A stretch of 64,000 bases of DNA from assembly GCA_965153285.1 (NCBI GenBank), contig OZ229116.1, one strand, 5' to 3'. The translations under genes and the position numbers were made by a program. The notes beneath the pieces are model-generated. The model searched no databases. It was given only the letters and a program-made list of their open reading frames with translations, and had not been told where the DNA came from. Shown piece by piece: positions 25,491 to 38,699 of the stretch. The DNA is from Podarcis tiliguerta. Its lineage: Eukaryota. Positions within the stretch are counted from its first letter, which is position 1. Every line of letters begins with the position of its first letter.

Positions 25491-25598
25491 CCAAGTCACC
25501 ACCTGCAGAAAGTTGCGTCTGAAATTCTTATACATGTTTAGATCCGTTCTAGTTTCAACCCAAACATAATTACTGCCTTTCACGGATGTGGATCTAAC
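25491..25598 (-). other. Candidate exon (108 nt, phase 0-0)
   Basis: Acceptor ctttcgtattccag, donor TGG|gtaagg, open frame VRSTSVKGSNYVWVETRTDLNMYKNFRRNFLQVVTW. Not recognised. Confidence 0.2.
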
Positions 25599-26756
25599 CT
25601 GGAATACGAAAGTCTCCTATAAGGTCTGCATGTGTTCTCCTAATAAATGTGGGTTTGTTATACATGTTGAGCAAGAAGGTGAGGAAAGGGGATATTTACC
25701 CACCCAACTGGATTATTGACTATATGATTTTGAGAGATGCCTTGGTAAGGTAGGTGTGCCAAGAAAAAAAGATGTGCCAGGAAAAAAAGGCTTGCTTGAA
25801 GTTTTCGTAACTATCCCAGATTCCCAAAGTGTGAGGTGGGCTTGACAAATTTGTGTACAAATTTGTGTACATGCTCAAGCATGCAAGGAAGCAATATCTC
25901 AACCTGTATCCTAATTACTTGTCTATTTACTCACTGTGCCAGTGAGACAAATTTCATGTATGGATTCTTCCTTCCTTCCTCCTAAAATGTGCAAACAGGG
26001 CCGTGCCTAAACCACAAATACTTTTTCTTCTTCTCTGTCCTTCCTTTTCTATATGAAGCAACTGTGTCCATTCATACACATCTCACGCCCTCCTCAGAAA
26101 TGAAAGCACCCATCATAAAACTGAAAATACATTGTATACATGGAAGCTTAGGAGGATAAGACTGGTTGAGGCTACATAATCACTGGCTCATGTAAACGTC
26201 TAGATACTAGAGGCTACCGGTTGGTAGATTAAATCCTCTGGTTATGCAAAATAAGAAACTTTGTTGAAGCTACAATAGCAAACACTATTTTACCAATGTA
26301 TTTTGCACTGCAAAAGAAAAGTACCTATACTCTGGACTTATTTATATGACAGTTGTTAATTCAAAAATGGAGTACTGAAGCTAGCCAATCACATTCAAGG
26401 TATATAATCCTAGGCATGTCAATGTAAACTGTCCAGACAGGATGTGAAACACAGAAACAACCTCAGACAGGCCATAGCTTCTACAGCTGACTTGAAAAAC
26501 AAAGGTAAGGCAAAGGTCAAAGAACATTGACATCTGTAATTGCCATGCCCCTTCTACCTGACCTTGCATTGAGGTTATAGCCAGTACACCAGGGAGTTAT
26601 TGCACAAATGCACTTACACGCAAGTAGATGTAGCAAGGACAGAAACCTAAACATCTGTAAGTATTTAGGTAAGGGAATGTATAAAGTTTGCATATATCCA
26701 GACCTGCTCTTCCATGTGTTTGCTGAAGGAGCAGGGATCCAGTGAAGGCACCCACA

Positions 26757-26892
26757 CAGTGTTTCCCAAACTTGGGTCTCCAGCTTTTTTTGGACTACAA
26801 TTCCCATCATCCCTGACCACTGGTCCTGCTAGCTAGGGATGATGGGAGTTGTAGTCCAAAAACTGCTGAAGATCCAAGTTTGGGAAACACTG
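26757..26892. mobile_element. Near-perfect fold-back MITE (hAT-like ends)
   Basis: CAGTGTTTCCCAAACTTGG / CCAAGTTTGGGAAACACTG (19-bp perfect TIR) plus an inner inverted repeat TTTTTGGACTACAATTCCCATCATCCCT / AGGGATGATGGGAGTTGTAGTCCAAAAA. No TSD visible. Confidence 0.85.
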
Positions 26893-27999
26893 CAGAAGAA
26901 GGGAAGAGAAAGTGATTTTTCACCAAGTGCCACTTCTGCTTGTAGCTTCCACATTGTTCCAGGGGGTCACCCAAACCTCCAGGTCAGCTTTTGGTGGGAG
27001 ACACAGGGAACTGCAGGGGGGAATTAGAAAAAAACTGCCTCCACCACTTCCTCCAGCAGGTAAGACCTTTGGACTGATTTCCACCCACAGGCAGTTCAGA
27101 TCAAGCACTTAATTTTTAACAGATATGGTGCATTCTATGGATATAGGCGTTCCAAAGAGCACCCCTATCACCACAAGTGATTTCAATGAGGTAAATCTCT
27201 CATTTTTTTCTAAATATTTGCTAATAGCAATATCAGTTGTTCAATGTCACAAAATGAACTGACAATGACCTGGTTTGCACATAACACTAAGCTATGGTTT
27301 GTTTGTTCATGTGAGGTGGCTGTCCCTTTTGCATACTGCATGACACAGAGGAAGACTTTGTTGATGAATGCCATCATGGTTTGCCATCATCCTCCACAAC
27401 ATCTGTGACACAAAGGGAGACATCCTGCTGGAGAAGTACCCTAAGCTGGCCAACACAGGAGAGGAGAAGAATAAGGTGTCCATGGATGGAAAACAAGGCA
27501 GCCACCCTCCTTGGGCAACCACCAACAAATGAATGCATGGTGGTGCATGGAATGGAACCTATAGCATTCTGTGCTCTACCACTGAGCTGGCATCTCTATC
27601 CACTTATATACTCTTGTTTATTTACTTTCTCAAGGATCGCATAGGATCACAGAATTATAGAGTTGGAAGGGACGTTGAAGGTAATCTATTCCAATCCCTG
27701 CAATGCAGGAATCTTTCACTTTCTTCCGTATTAATTAATAGCTGTCCTTCATTTTCTTTGGAACACCAGAGACTACGCTTGAAACTCATTGTTGCATCTG
27801 ACATCAAGCAGTTCAGCTGTCACCAACAAGGACCTGTGTTTGTACACATGTCAGGGTCTATAATCTATGAGCTCTCTACCTACCAAGCTGGCATCCTGAT
27901 AGTTCCATCCATAATGACAACTTGTTGCATTTTGTGTTCTCAATACAGAATTTTCTGTTGAAAGTATGACTGTATTTAGAATCACTGTGATTCTAAATA

Positions 28000-28236
28000 C
28001 AGTCATACCTTGGATCTCAAACACCTTGGTACTCGGATGTTTTGGCTCCCAAACGCCGCGAACCTGGAAGTGAGTGTTCCAGTTTGCGAATATTCTTTGG
28101 AACACGAATGTCTGGCAGGGTTGCCGTAGCTTCTGATTGGCTGCAGGAGCTTCCAGCAGCCAATAGGAAGCCATGCTTTGGTTCCCGAACATTTTGGAAG
28201 TCGAACAGATTCCGGTTGACTTCCAAGGTACAACTG
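28000..28236. mobile_element. Tc1/mariner-pogo MITE, family B
   Basis: TIRs CAGTCATACCTTGGA / TCCAAGGTACAACTG, TA at 27998-27999 and 28237-28238. Confidence 0.85.
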
Positions 28237-28743
28237 TACACCAATGAGTGCATGGTAATGATGCAAGTCAGATTTACTCCTAAATATGGGTAAAACGGAG
28301 AGTTAAGTATCTATAGTTTTGTATGGAGAAACTGCAGTCATCTCTGAGCATTTAGAAAAGCAGCATCTGTACTAACAATTTGCAAGGCCAGCACCGGGCA
28401 CATGCCCAAATTGTTGCAACATATTATTGAATAAATAATATGCAAGCCTCTGCAGATCCAGCTTCAGAAGGATATTAATTTTCTCCTTACTGTCCTGAAA
28501 TGTTTAGCCCCTAGGTAAAATTTATACTTTCTGAAGTTTTCTGGTGAGTCACTGAACTCTGGGGTCAGGGCCGGTCTATTTATGACATGGTACAACTGAA
28601 GGTTTTCAGTAATCCATTCCAAATGTATCATAACACAATCCAATGAACAAAAAATAAAACAGAATCAGTATGCTGGTTTTAGAAAGCTACCCACAAAATG
28701 GCCAATTTGTATCTGCCGATGAATGGGTGGTTCATGGGACTTA

Positions 28744-29099
28744 CCGTATTTTTTGTCCCATAGGGTGCACCAGCCCATAGGACGCACCTAGTTTTTTTTT
28801 TGGGGGGGGGGGGGAATAAAGGGGAAAATATCCATGCAGGAGGCTGCAGATATCTGCCCAAAATGCGGGGCGCTCTGCTTCAGTGCGCCCCGCGCTCCGG
28901 GCAGCAGGCTGCTATCCGCGGGCTCCCCAGGCTAGCTGATATCTTCCTGAAGCCTGGAGAGCGAGAGGGGTTGGTGTGCACCGACCCCTCTCACTCTCCA
29001 AGCTTCAGCGAAAGCCTGCATTTGCCCCATAGGACGCACACAGATTTCCCCTTAATTTTTGGAGGGGGAAAAGTGTGTCCTATAGGGCGAAAAATACGG
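28744..29099. mobile_element. Tc1/mariner-pogo MITE, family C
   Basis: TIRs CCGTATTTTTTGTCCCATAGG / CCTATAGGGCGAAAAATACGG, TA flanks, subterminal CCCATAGGACGCAC repeats, GC-rich interior. Confidence 0.88.
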
Positions 29100-32000
29100 T
29101 AGGTGCACTTAAGAGCCATCCAGAACACCAGACAGGAATAAAAAATGAATTAGCAACTGTCCAAGTGTTTGAGAACCTCCAGTTTCATGCCTAAGTAAAT
29201 ACTGAGTTCTAGTTGCTTCCCTTTAGTAACAATCTTATTATATGCATGGGGGGGGGGGACCAAAACAGATTTCTAATTTGGAAATTTTGAAAGGCATGAC
29301 AAGAAAAAGTACATACAGCATGTACGTTCAATGCATAAGAGGGTTGCACACAAACACTCCTCCCTGAGGACAACTTTAATTCACAGTAGAGTCAGTCCTG
29401 CCAGAACATTACTTGCATTGTGGAAGTATGTGACACCTCTGTGGCTACAAATTTACAGCATTTCTATTTATTTTTAAGGGAATTTTTCCCCGAGTTCAGA
29501 AACCTACTCAAATTTCAGAAACCTCGTAAAAAATCAATTTAGACTAAACCTTTGCGTACATACAGGGTCTTATCCAAAGAACGTTTTTTTAACACTCACA
29601 GATTTCAAATGGTTTGCACTTTTATAGCTCATTACACATACCAGTGAGTTAAGCCTCACAACCCCCTAGTAAGTTCCAAGAGGGAAGTGGTATTGTGGCC
29701 AAACAAAACACACCCTCAGAAAATACCCAAACTGTTAGTCTGTAAATATACTGGAAGGAAAACTCATTGGGAGAACACTACAGCTCTTGTCCTAATCAGA
29801 AAAATCAAGATGCCCAAAGGGGGTGGTGCCGTAAACCCCTTGCAGAATCTCTTAACGTTCCCATCATTTCAACTACCATTTCTCTTTTTGTATCGCTTTT
29901 ATTTTGGCAGAGTACTTGCCAGAACCGACCACTCACGGGAGCCCTGTGATGCATATCTGTTACACAGATGAGAAACAGCTGACCTGCAGAAGACAGATTT
30001 GAACCCAAGTGTCTGAGACCAAGTTTTTGCCACCAGACCCTTCTGGTGTAATAATCTATTGTAATCATACAGTCACAATTAGAACTTTGCTGAGTCTTGA
30101 TTTCTAATCCCTGTATCAAGGCTGATTAAAACCGGGACACTGAGAAATCTATGCTAAAAGGGAAATTAAAACTCTGCCCCAAGGAAAGCTGAGTTTTTGC
30201 TACTTGACTAAAGCATGAAAACTTGGCAAATCTGCATACTATTTTTCTCTTTGTTTTGTACAATTTATTCTATATTCTTATTTATTTATTTTTCCAAAAT
30301 TGCTGTTCCTGCTGTTAGTTATGCCAAGGAGCTGTACTAAATCTCTCCATCTGTAACAGTGGAAATAGCAGCTCTCTGGCCTGTCAGAGAAGAGCTCACA
30401 TGCTTCCAAGTGTATCTTTGTGACCATAAGAGCCTGAAATGTTTTCTGACTGAACACTAATGCTCTCATAAAGTTGAATGCTGAGTCTCATTGGAAAAAT
30501 CTGGGTTTCCAGGATGCCACTTGTAGGCATAGTGGCATCCTTGAAGACTTCATATAGCGCCCCTTCTCCCTGGTCATTGCCCCACCCGACAGAACCCAAG
30601 TATGACAGGTGGGAGGGGCTGCCCTCCAGCCCATCATCTGACATCACAATTACATCAACTGGCTCGTTTTTGCCCAGGTGGGTGATCAGCTAATGGCTGG
30701 AGTTTGCAAAGCACCCAAATATGGAGCTATGCAATCCCTAACCATCAGGGTTTGCATTCTCCATGTGCAGCTAATTGTCAGTCTTCATAAAGTGCAGTGC
30801 ACAGGGCTTTGCAGCTGCAAAGGCATTTTGTAATAAGATTTTTATTTTTAAAAATTCATACTACATTGATAACAGCTACAAAAAATACAAATAAAATAAA
30901 TAGAATACAGAGTCCTCTTTTAAGGGTACTTCTTAGCCATTAGCATTAGGTAGCAGTCCCTCTGAGCTCTCACCTGGGTTATTTCCTTTCTCATCCCAGT
31001 TGCTCACCCTGAGAGACAGACATTTCCCTCACTCCCACCCAGGGTCCTGCATCAACCATCTACCACCCCTATAAATATACAATCCCTGGACCATAATAAA
31101 GGCCCCATGCATAGGACTCCTAGAAAAAGGAATCATTAAGATAAAAAGAAAGGAATGAAAGACAAATAAAAGAAACATTAGAAAAAGATAAAAAGGGCTT
31201 CCGGTTTTCCATCTGCCAGTTGCATTAAAAAATAGAATAAAAATTTAAATATATTCAGCCCATGATAACATCCATCTTCTCCACTTTCTGTTAAAAATGT
31301 TTCTTTTAAGTCAAAGTGTCTGAGGCATTTTGCAAGCCCTGACAACCAGCTGCATGTAGAGTGCTGTGCACAGGGCTTTGCAGACACCAGCCATCCACCC
31401 AATCTGCCTCTGTAAGTCCCCTTTGACTCAACTACATATTTAACTATCTAACACATAATGTCACATATGACATCAGGTAGGTGGCCATGGCTTGGCCCAA
31501 AACAGTCTTGTGGGCCAAATGGAGAGACCTAATTAGGGCCACGGGACAGAAGTTCCCTAACTGTAATCGGCATTGATAGTTGCTCTTCAGAGTTCATCAG
31601 ACATGAGTCTTTCTCAACTGTACCTGGAGATTGTATCCAAGCCATTTTGCATGAAAGGCATGTGCTCTACCACATGGCTACAACACTTTCCCTGTGCTTC
31701 TGACCTTAAGCACAAGGTTACCAATATGTTTCACTTGCTTCATCTACTTGCTTCTACAGTCAGTTCTGTAATGAGATACCGTGTGGTTGGGTGGATGATA
31801 TGGTTGCTTGCCCATGACATCATCATTTCCACCCAGGGAAGCAGCTTTTTCATAAATAGAAGCCGCATCACCCACTCAAACCACTTGGTTCCTGGTTCTA
31901 AATATGGGACATGGGATCCCAGCCACTTGGAACGGGCATTTATGCCACAGAAGTTTAAATGGATCAAGCCAGGGTCATTTATCTGTTGCAGGAGGCCTCT

Positions 32001-32470
32001 AATAATTATGATAAAATCCCATCACTACATATACTGTTGTTTTATTCTCTTTACATGGGCACTATCCACTTGCAAGAGCCTTGTACCTAATGAGCCAGAA
32101 GCTGACCAGTATCAACCAGAGCTGTCTTTGACAATCTGAATGGTACATCTTGGAGTTTTAGACACCATGGAAAGTACCATATTCAAGGTCCCTAAGCTCC
32201 TGTTTCATACATTGCATTGGTCACATGAGTGGGTTCCCGCAAGTGAAGAAAACAATAGAAAATAATGTAAGAACTGGCCTAAACTTCACAGTATCTAAAA
32301 ACAAAGCTGCTTCTTGCCCTATGCCCTCATGTTAAAAATGGAATATGTGAAACCTGCTGCTTCTTCCTGCATTTCCTATAGAATAACTCTCAAGGCAAAA
32401 TGTCTCCAATACAAAAACTGAATATAATGAAAAATGATTAGCTGCAATTCAGTAGTACATTGCGTCCTAC

Positions 32471-32565
32471 CTTGAATAATTTCCATCCAAAGTAGAAACC
32501 TTGGCACTTAAAGTAAGTGTCTGACAGTTGAGAATACTGGAAGTTGTGCATAACATTTATTCTAC
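32471..32565 (-). other. Candidate exon (95 nt, phase 1-0)
   Basis: Acceptor tcttgttctaacaag, donor AAG|gtagga, open frame xRINVMHNFQYSQLSDTYFKCQGFYFGWKLFK. Not recognised. Confidence 0.2.
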
Positions 32566-33928
32566 CTTGTTAGAACAAGATCTGCATTTTACCATTTATA
32601 ATGATCTAAGATCACTCTTATAAATATTTGCTCTGTATAGCCTGCAGCTGAAATGCTTTAGTTTTTTAATATTTAATGTATTAATATTAATGTGTACAAC
32701 AAGCAAACATTGTCTCACAAGTACACCATCTTGATACAATGCCAAACATTCTTCACATCAAAATGTACTTTTTAAATAAAAAAAGACCACATCTGAATTA
32801 CCATTTCATATTCTAAAGTGCTTTCCATAAATCGTCCAGCAACAATAATTCACACTCCACAAACATACTGTTTAGACTACCCTGTACATGGAGCTACCCT
32901 TGATGACTGTTTGGAAGCTTCAATTAGGCAGAGAGATAATTTTCCATCTCCTTTTCAGGAGGTGAAACAGCTCTTGCACTATCAGCTTCTCCACAGTGGG
33001 AGAATTTGCTAAGCTGCCTAGTTCTCTGCTCCAAAGGGCTGTGATTTATTTCTATGACTCCATGCAGGCAGTGGCCAAGTAACCATGTCTCAAGGCTGCA
33101 TCATCCTTTACATATTTGCCATGCAAATTATACACATTCTCCTCCTCCCCTCCTAGATGACTATCTGCCTCTATCACTAAAACAGACACTCTTGCAATCT
33201 TATGTTTAAAAAATTTCAGTTCTGGCTTGCTGTGGAACTAACTAACTTACTGGCAATACCCAAACAGTCTTAGTGGGGCTTTTGCTCACATGCCTGACGA
33301 CTGCATAACTGTTGCAAGCTACTTTAAGCACTTTTGGGCAAAAAAGCAGACTATAAATATGAAATATATAATAATGATAATAATAATGCATACTTCCCTG
33401 GGACTGAGAAACAGTGGGAAGCATCTAACAGCTCTGTGAAGCAGGCATGTCTAGGCAACTACTGGCTCTGCTTACCAGCATGGAGCACAACACACTTCAA
33501 AACGGACCCCCATTCCAATTTGCAACTCAGCTTGTCTTTCATATATAGCGATTCCTGGCTGCTGAGAATTTGGCCCTCAAAAGAGCTACAATTTTATGTG
33601 GGGAAACCCAGCCTTTCAATTATTTGCTTGTTGTTACCTCTGTCAAAATGCAAGCTGGAAAGCATATTTCTCTTTCCCCTTCCCTTCCCCTGACTAGTGA
33701 ATTTTAAAGAGAGAAAGTAAATTCACAAAGCTTGGGAACAGATGCTTAAGTACATATCTGATTTCTTTCCAAGGTTACTTTTTGTGCAAATTAAAAGTGT
33801 CCAGAAGAAGAACAAGAACAACAAGAAGAATGAAAATTGATCCAAGTTGCAGGAATGTGCTGTTATGTTGAAAATCCAGATATAGTCAGTCCTTCATGGT
33901 CAGATTTTAAATGGCCCCATAGCCCCAT

Positions 33929-34908
33929 GGATGATGATGATGATGATGATGATGATTTGAATTTATATACCTCCCTATACCAGGAGGTCTCAGGGTGGTT
34001 CACAGAACAAAATCAAAATACAAAACCACAAAATACATAATCAAAATAAAAGCAACCACCCAATAACCCGCACCCCAAAATACACACATTTTAAAAGGGC
34101 ATAGAATGGCAATCAAATCAATAAAAGGCCTGGTTAAAAAGGAATGTTTTTGCCTGGCTCCTAACAGTATATAATGACAGTGCCAGGCGAACTTCCCTAG
34201 GGATGGCATTCCACAGACGTTCTCGTGTTGTCACCCTCTGGGCCTCTCGAGGAGGAGGCACACAAAGAAGAGCCTCAGAAGATGATCTCAAGGTCTGGGT
34301 AAGTTCATATGGAAAGAGGCGGTCCTTGAGGTATTGCAGTCCTGAGCCATTAAAGGCTTTATAGGTCAAAACCAGCACTTTGAATTGGGCCCAGGATCTA
34401 ATTGGTAGCCAGTGCAGTTGAACCAGGATCGGTGTGATATGCTCAAACCATCTCGCTCCAGTGAGCAACCTGGCCGCTGAATTCTGCACTAACTGAGGTT
34501 TCCGAACCGTCTTCAGAGACAGCCCTACATATAACACATTGCAGTGATCTAACCTTGAGCTTACCAGAGCATAGACAACAGTAGTTAGGCTATGCGTGTT
34601 CAGATAGGGGCGTACCTGGACCACCAGCCAAAGCTGATGGAAGGCACTCCTGAGTCACTGAGGCCACCTGAGCCTCGAGTGACAGCAAAGGATGCCAAGC
34701 TATGAACCTGCTCCTTCAGAGGAAGTGTAGCCCCATTAAGCACAGGTGATCTCCCACCCATCTGGTCCAGGGAACCACCTCAGTGCCTCAGTTTTATTTG
34801 GATTGAGTTTTAGTTTGTTAGCTCTCATCCAGTCGATTACCGAGGCAAGACACTGGTCCAGCACTTCCACTGCCTCACCTGCAGATATAAAGGAGAAGTA
34901 GAGCTGAG
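33929..34908 (-). mobile_element. L2-clade LINE, 5'-truncated, with internal deletions and (ATC)n tail
   Basis: ORF 34118..34624(-) ALVSSRLDHCN...LVQNSAARLLTG...HITPILVQLHWLPI...FKVLVLTYKA...LWNAIP...KTFLF is the canonical L2 ORF2 C-terminus. Upstream WMRANKLKLNPNKTE and QLYFSF motifs are visible at 34780-34908. (GAT)n at 33929-33955. Confidence 0.92.
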
Positions 34909-35475
34909 TAGTTCTTTATATGGGATTCACACATACTACTATTGCAGTTACTACTGAAGAAGATAGACAGAGCTGATAGTTAGGGCCAATTCACATAACA
35001 AAAAGTGGTTGTGTTTCATCTGCAACAGAACTTCAAATCTCAAACCATTTTTAGTTTGGCAAGCAAATAAATGCATCAAATAAAGTTTTGGCAAGCAAAT
35101 AAATGTATCCAATAAAAAATGCAACAAATAAAAATAGGAGAGAAGAGCAAGGTGAGCAAAAGATTCACTGTGTTACATGCATATCTCAACCAAAATTGAA
35201 TCAGATCCTATACATTTTTATAATAGTAATAATAATAATAATAATGATGATATCCCACTTGCAAAGTGCAAACTCTACCTAGAAATGCCTGCATGCTAAC
35301 AGTCACTAATTTGCAGTGTCTGCCAGTTTGACATGGGAGAGAAGGTCTAAATTCTTTGTCACTCCCCAGAATGTAAGCCATTCACATTAATCAGATTTCT
35401 CTAATGTAAGCTAGGTTCCAGAAATGCTCCTAAAAGGGAGAGAGTGTCTCTGTGTCCATTCAACTGTCAGCATTA

Positions 35476-35704
35476 CAGTGGTACCTCGGCTTAAGAACTT
35501 AATTCATTCTGGAGGTCTGTTCTTAACCTGAAACTGTTCTTAACCTGAGGTACCACTTTAGCTAATGGGGCCTTCCGCTGTCACCGTGGCACCGCCGCTG
35601 CATGATTTCTGTTCTCATCCTGAAGCAAAGTTCTTAACCCGAGGTACTATTTCTGGGTTAGCGGAGTCTGTAACCTGAAGCATCTGTAACCCGAAGTACC
35701 ACTG
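35476..35704. mobile_element. Tc1/mariner-pogo MITE, family A
   Basis: TIRs CAGTGGTACCTCGGCTTA / TAACCCGAAGTACCACTG, TA flanks, homologous to 23433. Confidence 0.9.
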
Positions 35705-35719
35705 TACTTGCATAAAGTA

Positions 35720-36137
35720 CCGTATATACTCGAGTATAAGCCGAACTGAATATAAGCTGAGGCACCTAATTTCAGCACAAAAAACTGGGAAAACTTATTG
35801 AGTCGAGTATAAGCTGGTTCACCACACCACAAACCTGGTGGTGGCGGCAGTGGTGGAGGAAGAACAAGCAGCCCTTAAGGCTGCTCGCCGTCGCTCACAA
35901 GAGCAGGCATAGGAGCCACAGTTGAAAGAGGCGCAGTGCAGCGCCTCTCCCAACCGCGGCTCCTGTGCCTGCCCTTGCAAGAGGCAGGCGGTGGCGGAGG
36001 GACCAGCGGCGAGAAAGGGCTCCTTTCGGGCCGCTCGTCCCACCACCGCCTGCCTCACTCAAGTATAAGCCGGGGGGGGGGCTTTTTCAGCATTAAATAT
36101 GTGCTGAAAAAGTCGGCTTATACTCAAGTATATACAG
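35720..36137. mobile_element. Tigger/pogo-like MITE, family D
   Basis: TIRs CCGTATATACTCGAGTATAAGCCGA / TCGGCTTATACTCAAGTATATACAG, TA flanks, internal TCGAGTATAAGC copies, GC-rich core. Confidence 0.88.
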
Positions 36138-38654
36138 TAACTACTGGGCTGAATATGGCTTTCCGCTTCAGATTGCCTTCAACTATTAGTCTACATTCTG
36201 GCATGGTATCGTGCAAGGATGCTACTTTTAAAAAGCATGAATTTCTTAACACTATTTGCATCAGCCTAATAGTTTGTAGTGCATTGCTTTGGCTTCAATA
36301 TTATTCTAAAAATCAAAAAGTTATTCCAGATCCAAGTATGAAATGCCAAGTTTTGGGTTGTAGCAAAATTCTAATGGCAGGAATCACAAACTCTTGGGAG
36401 GAGGGTTTGCAGTGGAAATGCTGACACATAATTGTTAACTACAGCTACAAATGTCTCTGTGCAGATATATTTCCCCCCTCCTATACAACCGTTCCTACTA
36501 GCTAGGCATTGAGAAGCAGCTGCATACGCTATTGAAAAAGATACTGCAGGAATTGGAGCTGAGAAAAGTATTTCAGTACAGAATACTTTCCTTCCCTGAG
36601 GAGGTAGTTGCAGTTCTAAGGCTTTCTAAATCTAATTTTGGAAAAGGAACAAAGGACAGAAAGGGGACCGGGGGCAGTGGGGGGGGGGACAAAGGGAATA
36701 AAAAGAGAACAGAGAGAACTGCAACATGAACAAGAATTTAAATATGTATTTTTAAAAGTTAATTTAATGCAAGAATAAAGCAGGTAGTTGTGTTATGCTT
36801 GCAGTGTGTCTCCTTCCTTCTTGCACCACTTAGAGAAGGTGGACACCCTGGGCCACATTTTCAAAAGAAAAAAAGAACTGCTATGGAACTCATCTCAGAA
36901 TTGCAGTTTTCACTTCCTCCCTGGAATTAAGGAGAATGGTGCATCTGAAAGCGCTTGGGTCAAATTACAGCTCTCTGTTAGACAGGTCTCCAGGTTAATG
37001 GGGCAGGTATTTTGAAAGATAGCATTTTACAGTGGCAGGTAGTATTTTCCCTAGCATTTTCGCCCCTGCTGTTTTGAACAGCACCACCAAGTGTGACCAT
37101 TTAAAAGACACCAAGTATTTTCAAAGCAAGACTCCGCTCTAAATAGAAAAAACAGTAATCAAAACATCCCTGTGTGCTACACTTCCTCAACTCCACTTCT
37201 CACAAAACCACATCATGTATCCAGCCTTTCAACTGTGGGCATCAACCAGCAAAAACACAAGCCTTTTTAAACCCTCACATTTATAGTAGGGAAAAATCTC
37301 TCTTGCAAACACGTTGCATATGTATAAGGAGACAGCCTCCTGCTGAGTTAGAATAAAGTCAAAACAAAACCAAACTTCCACTGCAGTTCAAAGCCAACAT
37401 GAAGCCAACCAATATCAGAATGGAAAATGAATTAAAACCAAAGGGGGATCTTAAGGTAAACCCGCTACAAGTTGTGGGTTCATTTCACACCATTCAACTG
37501 CAGACTCTAAGCAAGGGGTGGCTAACCTGTGAGCTTTCCAATGTTGCTGGATTCACATCATCCCTAACCAATGGCCTTGGAGGCTGGACCAATGGGAACC
37601 GGAGTCCAACAACATCCAAAAAGCCACAGGATAACCCCTCCTACTGCAAACTATATGCTGTACTTACTCCAAGTACACATAAGTTAACACACATGCACAC
37701 ACCCCAAATACGACTTCTGTCACTGTGCTCTGAGGCTGCCTACCAATCTGAGGACGCCTCTTCCCCCTGCCTGATGGTGGTTCACCTCAGTATGGAATTC
37801 CTCAGCCCAACTTAATATGAAAGGCCTCCTTCTTTCCCTATAGATCCTCCCGGACCATCCACTGAGTGGGTCCTCTTGGTAGCTCCACCACACTCAGATG
37901 CTTTGAAAGGGGTCAGGAGAGTGTAACTTCTTTGGCCACCCCTAAACATATCCCTCAACTGTGCCAATTTGAGTGGGACATCCTGGAATTGGTCATCACA
38001 GTTTCTGGCTGGATCCCAGAACATCCCATTTTTGGGTCTCACGTAAGTCAGCTATCTCACACCAAAATGCAGGACCAAAAAGACACTCAGTTTTTGGTCT
38101 TGTGCAAGTCAACTGGCTCCTGCAAGAGCTTGGGACACACACAAAAATGAGCATCCCAATTTTGATCAGCGGGATGATGGAGGGTTGGCGGTGTGAAATT
38201 CCCTTCCCTTTATTACAATATTTTAGTCATATGGGGAATATGTACCTTTTTACCCAGATCTTTCACACCTAGTAGAAGGATACATTCTAGTCTCGATTGC
38301 AATCTGTATTTAATATTGTGTTTTTCAATTGTTGTAACCTGTCCCCAGACCACAAGCAAATAAATACACAAACAAATATGGCATTAATGGGAGGACCATG
38401 AAAACTTTTCTCTTCTGGCTTTTAGGTGTAAGAAGTGGGGAGACATTTTTTTAAAGGATGTGTTCTGTGTTTTAAGACTTGGGGGGTGTATAGGAGGTGG
38501 TTAACAGAATCAAAAACACTACTGCAAATTCTCTTAGCGGTCCTGGCAAAGTTGTCAAGCATGTATTTTGTCAAGGAAATGGGTAGATGGCTTTCAGTTG
38601 CTGGATCTTCCTCAAGTCTTTTGCGTGGCTAGGAGGCATCTGAAAAGGGGGCAT

Positions 38655-38657
<3 letters not shown>

Positions 38658-38692
<35 letters not shown>
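38658..38692. repeat. (GA)n microsatellite
   Basis: Read directly from the sequence. Confidence 0.95.

Positions 38693-38699
<7 letters not shown>

Noticed and set aside
28850-29030. CpG island or promoter (also 35820-36070)
   Set aside because: The GC-rich sequence lies inside TIR-bounded MITEs and reflects young element age.
31573-32139. 188-aa ORF
   Set aside because: Starts inside an antisense SINE, has no recognisable domain and no convincing splice context.
34118-34624. 168-aa ORF as a host gene
   Set aside because: It is an L2 ORF2 remnant with deletions and a retrotransposon tail.
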